Origin: Cirrosporium novae-zelandiae
Taxonomy: Eukaryota
Direction: 5' to 3'
NCBI GenBank assembly: GCA_026023565.1
Contig: JAPETS010000026.1
Span: forward strand, 124,001 to 188,000
Length of the DNA stretch: 64,000 bases
The position numbers and the translations under genes were made by a program. The notes beneath the pieces are model-generated. The model did not search any database. It was not told the DNA's origin and worked only from the letters and a program-made list of their open reading frames with translations. The stretch's first letter is position 1. Each line of letters opens with the position of its first letter. Positions 37,429-48,321 of the stretch are shown here, one piece after another.

Positions 37429-39105
37429 TTAATCATTCGATTCTATGTCTAATCTTGTACTATTTCGCTCTATCTTTGCACAACAAAAACCATAGTACAA
37501 CACACCCGAGTGAGCATCTGGAGGAAAACTTAAAATCGAATCCTTTAAGTATCTTGCATTCCAACGCTTATTCTTGTCCTGCTGTAACATATTGTTGATC
37601 CACTCTAAAGGCTTATTCTCAAATTCAGAGCCTCCACGATCTCGTAGTTCCTTTATCCATAGTAAGATAGCCTTTGGAATCATCCAGTACTTCTCGCTTT
37701 CAGCATCTTTATCGAGAAAGAAGTTTCTCATTCTTTCGATCGTCTCTCCTTTCAGAACTGTTATCATTTCCAAGAAAACGCATCCTAGTGACCAGATGTC
37801 AGAAGATGATCTCGATGATCCATTGCTTGCAGCCTCCGGGGAACAATAAATGGAGCTTTTTCTCATTTCCGCCTTTGTCGTGGCTTGTTCAATATCGGCC
37901 CAGTCCCAAGCCATCCCAAAATCTGTGATTAAAATATTGTTTTTTTTAACCAAAATATTTTGAGGCTTGATATCTTTATGCCGAATGTTAAGAGTGTAAT
38001 GTAGATAAGCAACCGCACTTGATAAGCAACCAAAAAACGACAACAATAAGATCTTTTTATCAATCGCTCCCGGAACTTTGGTGAAGAAGCCAGCTAAATT
38101 GTCCCCTGCAACTGGTGACGTAATTAAACCAACCGTTGTTGAAGTTGTATAACTTTCAATAAATTTGATAAAGTGATATTGACTTTCTCTATCCTTCATC
38201 TTCTTGAAGACTTTTAATTCACTCTCAACATATTTCATCACTTCTAACGTTTCAGAAAACGTATTTTTGCGATTAATTTGCTTCAGCGCATATTCCTTCA
38301 ATCCCAAAACCTTCTGTACATAGCCAAACCCTCCAGATCCTAGATATGCTTTCCATTGCAACTGTTTTGGAGCATCAGAATCGTAATCAAGATTAGTCTC
38401 GGTGAGATGGCAATGCTCGCCTTCCTCTAAGTTAGTGGCCCCGGTACAAACAATCCATTGGGTGTTTAGAAATTGCATGTAAACACCCGGAGCCATTCTA
38501 GTGGGTATGCTTTGTTTGGAGAACGGAAACCAGAGATCGGTGATGCCATTATCAACGAACATTTGCATATACTCCAATTTGTCAATGGCACGTAGAACGA
38601 TATAGATTCTTGGGACGTGACCCCAAGACTCCTTTCCCGTTTCTCGAAGTTGATTAGCAATACGTTGGATTCCGACATCTGAGTATTGTCCTCGATACGT
38701 GAATTCAGCGACCAGTTCTCTGCCTTCGTTTGTGGAGTAATCGATTTTTAGTTTGCTACCCCTTTTTGTTGTTGTCGCGAATGTACTATGTTGCGTCCAA
38801 ATTATATCGCTTTTCAAACCCCCGTAGTAAGCTGGATTAATATTTTTTGCAGTGTCATCCTCTTTAAGATCGGTAACGATATCGCACCACCTCTTGTAAT
38901 TGTGAATGCCGAGAGCCAAGCAAAATATCTCTCCAGAAGAGGATTTATAACGGAGCATCCCAGACGTACCACTGCCATCCATGAAAAGAAAATGGCCGGT
39001 TTCATCTTCAGTCCAAGCAATCCCAGTGGTAAAGCATGTCTTTTCAACAACAGTGAGGGTTTCATCGCTATCGTTGAAGACTGTCAACTTGATGATGTAT
39101 GACAT
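37429..39105 (-). CDS. Fungal fruit-body lectin (ABL/XCL, actinoporin-like fold) fused to a Ser/Thr protein kinase
   Basis: N-term VVEKTCF...W...MDGSGTSGMLRY...LGIHNYKRWCDIVTDL...INPAYY; kinase GSGGFGYV, YALKQI, HKDIKPQNIL, DFG, YCSPE, SDIWSLG all intact. Confidence 0.88.
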   Translation of the reverse strand: MSYIIKLTVFNDSDETLTVVEKTCFTTGIAWTEDETGHFLFMDGSGTSGMLRYKSSSGEIFCLALGIHNYKRWCDIVTDLKEDDTAKNINPAYYGGLKSDIIWTQHSTFATTTKRGSKLKIDYSTNEGRELVAEFTYRGQYSDVGIQRIANQLRETGKESWGHVPRIYIVLRAIDKLEYMQMFVDNGITDLWFPFSKQSIPTRMAPGVYMQFLNTQWIVCTGATNLEEGEHCHLTETNLDYDSDAPKQLQWKAYLGSGGFGYVQKVLGLKEYALKQINRKNTFSETLEVMKYVESELKVFKKMKDRESQYHFIKFIESYTTSTTVGLITSPVAGDNLAGFFTKVPGAIDKKILLLSFFGCLSSAVAYLHYTLNIRHKDIKPQNILVKKNNILITDFGMAWDWADIEQATTKAEMRKSSIYCSPEAASNGSSRSSSDIWSLGCVFLEMITVLKGETIERMRNFFLDKDAESEKYWMIPKAILLWIKELRDRGGSEFENKPLEWINNMLQQDKNKRWNARYLKDSILSFPPDAHSGVLYYGFCCAKIERNSTRLDIESND

Positions 39106-39635
39106 TTTAGATGGTGGATGTAAAGCGTAAGCTGCGTAGCTAGTAAAGAAAACGGGCTTTATGAGCGCTAATTTGTCAATGAAGGGTAAGGCAGTGCACA
39201 CCTAGGGCTCCCACAACGACAATAGCAAGTAGGAAAAGATCATCGCTTTAAGAACTAGCTGCTTGTCATCGCCCCGCGTTCGCTATTTCAGCCTTTCTAC
39301 GAAGCTATGGAATAAGTACTTGGACTGCCACCTCCCGCCTCCTCGGGTTTTCTTGATGGCACCAGGCTTGGGTATCACTGCAGTTTATCCCGAAAATTGT
39401 TCGCCGTGGCTTGCCTTGCATTTTATCTGGCCTATTAGTCGAAAAGTTTTTCCTAGAATCCCTGTCCATGACGCAGACATTTCACTAGAACCACGGGAAC
39501 ATAAGGATAAAGAAGTTCAGTTCTAATAGCATGTTTACGAAAAAGTAGCCCTTATCATTCTATGCTTACGTTAGTCGAACAAATCCTCATTTACATTGTA
39601 CCAAGTTACTAAGAGCTGTGGCAGCATGTGCGGAA

Positions 39636-41627
39636 ATGGATATATTTAGCACAACTATCACCGTCATCCACGAGATCTACGCGATCACTGTCTTTATCCG
39701 GGGCGTTGTCAACGACGTCAGTTCGTACGAGTCAGATAAGAAAGATATCCAAGACAAATTGCAGCATGAATTCGTTTTCATCGATATGTTTAAGATTACT
39801 TTTCTCGACGAGGGTGCAGGTCGGGAGCGCTATATCAAGCAACCTAAGATCTTGCAACAGGACGTAAATATTACCTCAATGAAGCTTCGGAGTATTCTTG
39901 GAGAATATAGGACGGAGGCTGTCAAACATGGCCTCTTGGATCCTCACGATAATGCAGCTAATGAGGGAAGAGTGATTACGGCTAGAGCCGCTATCGCAAT
40001 AGACAATGAAGTATAGATTCAAGTTCACGCACTCCTTAAACAAATCAAGTCAACGGCGAAAGACCTAAAGAAGAAAGGTTTCAATTGGTCTCTATTCGAT
40101 AAGGCAAAGATTCTCCACACGCTGTGTGCATATACCGAATGGGCCCAGCGGCTACGACAAACCATGTCGCTCATGCTTTCCACCATGTTCCTTGGCGGCG
40201 ATGGCTATAACAGCCTAGGCGATTTTGCGAACACTCAAGTAGCAAAGGATATGGGGCTCCAAAACGTGGCAAGACGTCAGGCCCTTATTCGATCCAGCCC
40301 CCCAGGTGACTTCAAGGAACTCGATGGAACTGTTGTTGGAGGGTCTGAGTGGGCAAAGACATCACATCTAAAGATTGCCAAATACGTTGACGGCTGGGAA
40401 TCGGAGCCCAGAGAAGTCGTTTTAGAGTATCGGAAGTATAATAAAATACTAGCACTAGCAACTCGTTTTAGGCATGCAGCAGTTATCCGTCAGCTAAAAG
40501 AACCTATCAGAAAACTGGCTTGGCTGCTTCACAGCTCCACATTCCTGGATGGCAACGATGAAAGCCCTATGGGTACAGCCAACTATTCAACTTTGCTCGC
40601 TTTACAATGCATCGGCTACCTCGACCAGCCAGATCAATGCCAGACCATCTTTCTATACGAACTTCCGCAAGCAACAACTTTATGGGGAAATTCATGGATC
40701 ACAACACTTCACGACCTTATCAACAGCGTTGATCCCATAACGAAATACGCATTGCCCAAACCTGTTCTAGGACATCGCTTCTTCCTTTCTTATGCCCTTG
40801 CCTTAACGGTACTCAATATACATAGCTCCCGCTGGGTTCACGAGAATATCTCGAGCCATGGTGTTGTTGTATTTCCCGCACCTAACTTGTCTCGTCCCTC
40901 CGGAGCCCAGCGTTTAATTCCATACCTCACAGGCTGGGAATCTGCTCGGCCCATTCTCGGGGACACGGAACTAAGGCCTAATATCGAAATTGAGCCGAAT
41001 CTATATCACCACCCGATTCGCCAGGGGCAGCCGACAAGCCGATTTACCGCCGAGTATGATATCTATGCGCTTGGGGTCGTGTTGATGGAAATCGGGCTGT
41101 GGAAAACCATGAACAGTGTTTTCCATCAACAGATTGAAAAGGCTTTACGTGAAAACATATCGCCACCATTAATGTGAAGGCAGCGCTTAATACAGGCAGT
41201 GTGGTAGACTAGTGAGGCAAAGGAATATATAACTAATAGGTATAATATGCTATTCGCATGCTAGACGCAAGTAATGATGATAGCTTTCGAAGTGCTCCTT
41301 CTGTAGATACAAAAGTCGAACGCTGCCTTGATGAATCAAGCAGCGTTCTCCTACATAAAGGTTTGGCCACGCGCCAAGCCTCGCCTATGCGCCTACGAAG
41401 CGCATATGCTTGGCACGCCGTTACAATTAACCATGGTGAAGAGGAGGTGGGCTACCACGGCACGCCGAGAAGTAGAGGGTGAAATGGGAGAGGCTTATGC
41501 AGAAGCAGTTGACAGGTGCTTGATGGGGAGATTTGGTGTGGAAGACAATGGAGTTGAAAATAGTGGACTGCCTATAGCGTTTAGAGATTTGGTGGTAGAG
41601 GTTATGAGGCAGGGAATAAAGCTGTAA
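39636..41627 (+). pseudogene. HeLo-like N-terminal domain + kinase-like (pseudokinase) protein, disrupted
   Basis: Hydrophobic N-terminal helix, WSLFDKAKILHTL (HeLo-like W-x-x-F-D-K); kinase-like WVHENISS, PYLTGWESARP, LYHHP, YDIYALGVVLMEIGLW, MGEAYAEAVDRCL; in-frame TAG at 40014-40016 and solo LTR at 41173-41425. Confidence 0.78.
41173..41425. mobile_element. Solo LTR (family B) with 5-bp TSD ATTAA, inserted in coding sequence
   Basis: ATTAA-[TGTGAAGG...CCGTTACA]-ATTAA; near-identical segment at 59631-59801; diverged copy at 44231-44483. Confidence 0.88.
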
Positions 41628-43225
41628 AGTACATATTGTGCGCCAGTTTTTCGGGTCTGAGACTTTGCTATCAAATTGCACTATGGAGAGAGCGTTCAGG
41701 GGTTCGGGTTTTAGCATTGCAAATGGCACAATACCGTGGCTGGGAATGGGTTCGAAAAAGGGCGGGCCAGCATTAAAGTCGAGTTATCGTTTGAAGTTTG
41801 CTATTCGCCAGATTTCTTTCACTTCTTGATTGAGATTGGTTCTGTGCAGAGTTGTCGTACTACCTGGGGCCGTAGGTAATTCAGGCAGAAGCTCCTCCAG
41901 GAAACAGCCAGCCAGCTATTATTTTCAAAATCCCAGGGCTCGCATCTCTTAAACCGTCCACTCCCACACGCTAACAGGAGCTGATATAAAGGATTATGAT
42001 AGGTTGCATGACTTTTTTAGGCATCATCAAGTATCAATATTCGTTAAGTAACATCGAGTCTCAAGATCTTGTTATTGGGCTAACCTAGCTCTTTAATGTG
42101 ACTCCCCGCCCCCCGTGCTAAAATGTACAGAAGGTGAATGCTCTACGGGATTTGAGAATTGCTGCAGAAAGAGGGTAGATGCATAAAAGGATGCAAGTGA
42201 CTTTGATCTGTTAATTAGAAGGGCAATCAACGTTTGCATGGCTGATTATTCTGCGGGGAAAGAGGGTACCTTTTGACAATAGATCACAATGGTCAATCAA
42301 TCATCTATTTTCCCTGTGCTTTTTTATCATACGGACGAATGCCCAAATTTGCTACCTATCTAGGTAGTCAATAATCTCATATTTCCTTACTTTGTACAGT
42401 ACATCTACATTTAACTAAGCTTAAAAGAAGGGACGTCCGAGGAAGGCACTAAGCAATTATCCGTTAAACTTGTAGTCGGACGTATCGGATTACCTACTTT
42501 GGCATCTAGTGCATAACTTTAATTAATGCAAGTCCATATAAACTTGGCTACGACTCGTAAAAAAAAATAACAGAATCAAATCAAATCAACCAAGATAACG
42601 TTATAATTAAAAAATTAACACAATATCCTATTAAAGAATTCTCACCGCCTTAGTTCAAGTATCCATATACCACGTAACACTTTAAATCAAGTGAAACACA
42701 CTAAAATATATATGTAGTAGATATAAAGTACAATTAACGATGATGTACTTAGTAGGTTGGTACTGCAGAGCCTCGTTGTCAATTAGACAAAAAGCGTTAT
42801 GCATACAGCATCCTAAAGTATATTCGGGAACCCTCATCATAAGTTCTCAAGACATCCATAAGCGAATAAGTTTTCGTGTCTAGACTCTACGTATATTATG
42901 ACGGCGGATAGAATAGGAAACAAGAACAGAATAATGTTTGATTGAATGATTATTATCCCTTGCAATTGATAAACAGATATTATCCAATTCCGGCTATTTC
43001 GCTTCCTTGAAAAAAGAAAAACTCTGAAAATGGACGGGGATTGGTAATGCATACATGACCTTGTGCATATCGATCTCCTTGCTAATTTCTTATCCTAGAT
43101 TCCGTGGGTGTTTGCCTTGAACTCCACCGTTGTCTCCTAATTCCACTACAAGCCAATATGAGTCCTGGATGCAAGCGACTAAGGATTTTATAGTTCGCAA
43201 GTCATAGTAGCAATATGTCAAATAA

Positions 43226-43608
43226 CAGGGAAAAGAATGGACCAAACGGACCTCGGGCTAATCCGTCTACGAAAAATCGAAGGCTCGGTCTAGTCCGTTA
43301 AATCAACCACCCTTTCGGGTGTGGTGCAGATAGACTGAAGACTGCTACGTAAAGGAACGTTATTAACGACTTGAAGAGCTGACAAGTTTTTTAAACCTTG
43401 GAGTTTACAACATCTTATCTTATCTCCACGTGATACTTTATTTAATTTAAATAAAATTAAGATATTTCTACTTGTAGGCTAATACCCTAAATATCCTACT
43501 GAGTAAATATATTATACTCACCTGATTTAACCAAATAGCTCTTGAGCAATCAAGGTCTGGTCCATCTACGGTAGTCGGTCTATTTGGTCTGGTCCATTCC
43601 TTTCCTTG
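43226..43608. mobile_element. Non-autonomous TIR element (hAT-like MITE, family C)
   Basis: CAGGGAAAAGAATGGACC ... GGTCCATTCCTTTCCTTG inverted ends with subterminal GGTCT/AGACC motifs; flanks GTCAAATA(A) / GTCAAATC resemble an 8-bp TSD. Confidence 0.65.
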
Positions 43609-44230
43609 GTCAAATCTTGGCGTGGGCACTGCACCTAGCTATTCGATCGGCAGCACGTGGAATAAAATAGAATGCCTCATCAATTATTCGATGACTGTGG
43701 CTAAGTTTGCTGCCTATTAGCGCCAAGAAGAGATAATACTGATGTGGTGATAGGCCGATGGAGCTTTGCCTAGGCAATACACAACCCACTTCACTGAGGT
43801 TCAACAGGCTGATTGATGGGAACACGAACTCTCGTTGGAAACAGTGCCTAGATGTGACCGAAGGGCTCGTACACAGCATAGCGTACCCATTCATATATAC
43901 AGTAGTAGGCGTTACCCCAGCTTTCCTTCGAACAGATAGAAACCGCTATATTAGATTAGATAACCTTTGTCGAAGCACTGTTCCTTGTTAGTAATTACAG
44001 CATAGCCAGAAAAGCGACATCTTAGTATATATTATTTGAAACAAGACCAAAGTTTCGAAAGCAATCCTTTCTCGTAAACCCTTACTCGAGTAGAAATGAT
44101 AGGATCAGATACCTAGATAATATTTTTGATTGGAGAGCATTTAGCGGGGATAGGCAATGAACTCTCGATCCTTAACATTACATCATCTCAAAGTAGCACC
44201 ACCAAGCAATGATCCAATCTTGCCGCTCTA

Positions 44231-44483
44231 TGTAAGGGCAGCGCCTAATTCAGGTTGCGTGATAGGATAACTATCTAAGTAGTGATTAACTAACTAGAAT
44301 ACTATAGGGTTCGCATTCGAGACGCCAGAATGATGATAGTTTTAGGAGTGCCTTTTGAGGTAGATACAAAAGTTGAACGCTGCCCCCATAATACGTGGGG
44401 TAGCGTTCTTCTTTATAGGATTACTCAGGCGCCAAGCGAGCGCTTCGTAAGCGCATAGACGTGATGCTTGGCATGCCCTAACA
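44231..44483. mobile_element. Diverged solo LTR (family B)
   Basis: TGTAAGGGCAGCGC...GTAGATACAAAAGTTGAACGCTGCC...TGCTTGGCATGCCCTAACA, alignable with 41173-41425; no matching TSD. Confidence 0.72.
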
Positions 44484-45168
44484 ATTATATCAAACTATAC
44501 TATGTTTTATACAGGATCAAAAATTTTCAAACCAAATTTCTTTTAGTTTTCGGAAGTGATAACTTCCGACACCCGGATAACATCGTCGATTAGAAAATAT
44601 TTACCGGGTACGCGGGCACGGTCGGATCATGGGCACGGTAGACTAAAACTAAATAGATTGCTTGAAATTAATTTATTGGATATCTGCGATATAAAGTGAC
44701 GTAGGTGGTTCTATGAAGGATTGCGAAATTATTGCTGCTTTAGTTGTTCTGTCCGACAACGGGGGTCCTACCTGAAACCCGGACGCCCTGCTTTGATTCA
44801 ATTATCCGAATATGGCCATGACCCAATTTTGCTGCTTTATCTGTCCGGTCTGTTCTGGGAGCTTTAATAGGTTAGAAGGGGGACCTTAAGCACTTGCTGC
44901 TCTATCTCGACATATACCGTCCCTCATTGAAGGGGGACGTCCCCTTCGTTAGAAAAGCGATCGTCTTAAAACGCATTAAGCACCAGCTAAACCAAGAAGC
45001 GGAATCACAGGCTCACCCGCATTAGTGGTTTAATGGTATAAACGAAGTTGTAGATGGTGAAGGTATGCTATTATACAGGACGCGGGAGCAGTAAACGACG
45101 TTTCTTTCACTAAGAGCAGATGAAAAAGTAGAACAGCGTGAATCATTAATACAATTGGTCAAGAAAGG

Positions 45169-45376
45169 CGTCCTACTCAAACGTAGGACGGAAACAAAAC
45201 GGCAAGATGGATAGCAAATAAATCATGTTGATATATCGTGGCTTTGTGAATATTTCCATAAAAGGGGACGTCCTGCCTCTACGCAGGACGAAAAAAGCAG
45301 CAAGATGGATAGCAAAAAAGTTATGTCATTATATCGTGGGCTAGTGAAGGAGGACGTCCTGTCTTTACGCAGGACG
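45169..45376. repeat. Three ~90-100-bp direct repeats each carrying a CGTCCTR-N8-YAGGACG inverted repeat
   Basis: Sites at 45169-45190, 45269-45290 and 45355-45376; the first two are both followed by GCAAGATGGATAGCAAA and TATATCGTGG. Confidence 0.85.
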
Positions 45377-45511
45377 AAGAAAATGGCACAGCGGTTAAAT
45401 AATGGATGTTCTAAAAAACAGTATAAAACTGTCCTGCTACTGCTGCAGTTCTCTCACATTGTTATTTTATTTTCGTTCATCAACAGTTCTAAGATCAAAC
45501 TACATTTTACA

Positions 45512-47767
45512 ATGACCGAAGTAGGCCGGCTTTCAAAAGACGACTAGCGCCGTCGTCGTGAAGCCAGAAACCAAGGAATCAGGGAGATAAAAGAGCATGC
45601 GGCTCCTACCAAAAAAGCTTTCAACTGGGGTCGAAGGCTGTGGTCGAAGTGAGTTTTGTATAGATCCACTATATACTTACACTAGCTACTAATATCAAGC
45701 GTTGAGGTACTGTGGAGAATTTGGATATACCCCCAACGGTCATGTAGCCAAATGTGACGTCGATGACTTTGAAGAATTTCTAGACTGGTGTTTGACTCCA
45801 CAGAACTCAAATATCAAACAGAAAAGCTCTCTTATACAATTATGGACATGGGTACGGTGCATGTATATCGAAGCCACGGGAAAGAAAATCACTCATGATA
45901 TTAATAAACGAATGGATTTTGTAAGTTGCCTACCGTTATAATCCAGATTTGTGGTAATGATTTTCAGGTTATCGAGCAACTAGCGAAAAGTGCAGGACTA
46001 AACTCCCAAAAAGCAAACAAGCCATGTTTAGGAGTGGATGATGCAATTCTTATTTTGGAGTCTCTTTGGAGCAGGATGAATCTTGCCTTTTCAAACGAAC
46101 GGCATAGAGTCCAGCTTTCGCTATTGATCCTTATCCATGCTTTCACGACTCAACGCCCCGGCTCTATTGTTGAAAGTAGTGACTACTACGGAACAAATAG
46201 ATGTTTGTGCTACAAACATGTCCACCTGCTTCTTGTTCCCAACCCAGAGGAACTAGGTCGCCCCATCATTATTATGGAACTGAAGCTAGAGCATCTCAAA
46301 GGAAAACGGGAGGAGAAAACTGGACCGTAAGATTCCACTAATAAATAATCACAAAATTGGGAAACTGATATCATGTAATTAGGTTGATATTTGTCTTTTA
46401 TGAAAGAGATGACTGTCTTGTGTTGTGTCCAATAGCTCATATGTTAGGCCTCGCATTTGCTGACAACGCATTTGAATCGGATTTCATAAAATGTCCCGAA
46501 GATATTTTCAAACTTGAGATACCTCCCTCTCGCCGGAGTATAGAGCTGAAATGGAAACCTGAGATGTTTGATATCCCGGTTTTCCGCGGCATTGGACATG
46601 ATGGGTCAGTCTCAAAAACACGAGCCCTTACATACAATGTGTTTTTTCATGACCTCGAAAGGATCGGGGACGTAGCCGGCTTCCCTATGAAGGTTACTCC
46701 ATATTGCATTCGTCGAGCTGGAGGCATGGCACTTGATGGTAAGCTTGTTCAAATAATCGTAGTATTAACTTTTTAGTTGATTAAATCGCTGATTATATGC
46801 AGAAACCACCACAGCTGCATTACGCAATCAAGCAATGGGACATGGCAGATCAAGCGTGTATCAAACCTATTATATGAGTTCCTATGTTAATGCTGATGTG
46901 CAAGCTGCATATCTTGGGGTACCTTCCAATAAGGCCCTATTCCGTGCTGTGGGGCGCATGTCTCTTCGAAGTGATGCCCGCGCACCCACTAGCCTTACCG
47001 ACGAGCAAAAGGCCGAGCTGGAACAAGACCCCTCGCTTATAGCATTGAGAAACGAAGTCCAAAGTATCAAGGAAGCAATCTCAAAAGAGTACGGCATAGT
47101 AACAAAGTCGAAAGGCACGGCGCTTTACAAAAGCTATATCAACGCACAAAACAGATATCGCTGGACGAGATACTCATTAAACCGTAAACGTAAAGCTATG
47201 GCCAGACAGAAATTCTTCGACACTATCGATACAATTGAAGTTGACCGACAGCTTGCAACCAAACTTAATCAAAAAAATCAAACCACAGCACTCGATAGTG
47301 ACAAAAGTGATCCGAAACAAGTATTCGAAATTCAGGAAAGAGCCATCCTGGTTGAGAACCTATTCCAACCTCAATCCCAACTTTCAGACCGCATTTTGGT
47401 AATACAAGCCATGACTGGGCTGTGCCGTCGAAGAGAGATGCCGGGAAAAACCCCAGGGGATCGGAGAACTCATCCAGCCAAGGAAGCCAAAATGGAAGAA
47501 TCGAAAAATCAACATTTCAACATACCTATAATCTTGAAATCCGTGCAGTGCATATTTTGTATAGGCGACACAAGATTGCCAATACGATCCCGTACCTACT
47601 CTTTCTCTCGGCCAGACGCGATACGGAGGCATATGGAACATTCTCATTACAGGCATATACCAAAAACTGTTACTATCGAGTGCCCGCATCCAGAATGTAA
47701 AGAGAGACTCACTGGAGTCGATCATCTGAAAAATCACGCACAAGTGGTACACGGAATCACCTCCTAG
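45512..47767 (+). CDS. Starship captain: DUF3435 tyrosine recombinase with C-terminal C2H2-like zinc fingers (5 exons; TAG at codon 12 in my gene model)
   Basis: RHRVQLSLLILIHAFTTQRPGSIVES, LCYKHV, CPIAHMLGLAFADNAF, LKWK...IPVFR, PYCIRR, RNQAMGH, YQTYY; CIFC...H...H and CPHPEC...HLKNHAQVVH. Confidence 0.9.
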
Positions 47768-48152
47768 AATATTGTGGCAGAGTCGGGTTAAAACCCTACT
47801 GCACGTATCAACTAGGCTGCCCAGTTGCCTAAGTGAGGGCTCCTACCAACAGGGTCCGAGGAAACTTGAAGAAATCTTTCATTAAAATTCTAGTTATAGG
47901 CTTATTTTCTTTTGTCATTTTTGATTTATTTTTACTGCAGTGACATGAAGTTGATGAGAAACCTGTTAAGAAGTCAATTTGTGTTCTGCAAACGTTGTTG
48001 AATTTTTATAGCATCTCATACCTTCATTAGACAGCATCTCAATTGATATTTTGGAAATTGAAATTGTTAACAATATAAAATTGGCGAACTTTGTCATTCG
48101 TTTTTGTCGAAAACCATCACAACACTTTAAAAAGTCATAAGCGTAGAATTTA

Positions 48153-48321
48153 GACCAGACCAGACCGGTCTGAAGATGATTACTCGAGTATTGCTGCGGT
48201 AACTTGATTATTACTATAGCAGCAACAGTCGTGAACGTCTTTACTGCTGATCCGTGCCATCCCAACATAAGGTTATTTTGACCATGTCAGACCGGTCTGG
48301 TCTGGTCTGTTCCCTTCCCTG
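48153..48321. repeat. Family C TIR-element fragment with internal 22-bp inverted repeat
   Basis: AGACCAGACCAGACCGGTCTGA ... TCAGACCGGTCTGGTCTGGTCT followed by GTTCCCTTCCCTG (TIR-like end). Confidence 0.6.

Noticed and set aside
41258..41482. ORFs MLDASNDDSF.../MMNQAAFSYI... repeated at 59704
   Set aside because: They arise from the LTR sequence; only the part after 41430 is real host coding sequence.
44484..45160. Exact Starship left boundary or 5S rDNA target; palindrome TCGGAAGT-GATA-ACTTCCGA at 44550-44569
   Set aside because: No 5S fragment recognised, and the boundary cannot be fixed without the right end or an empty site.
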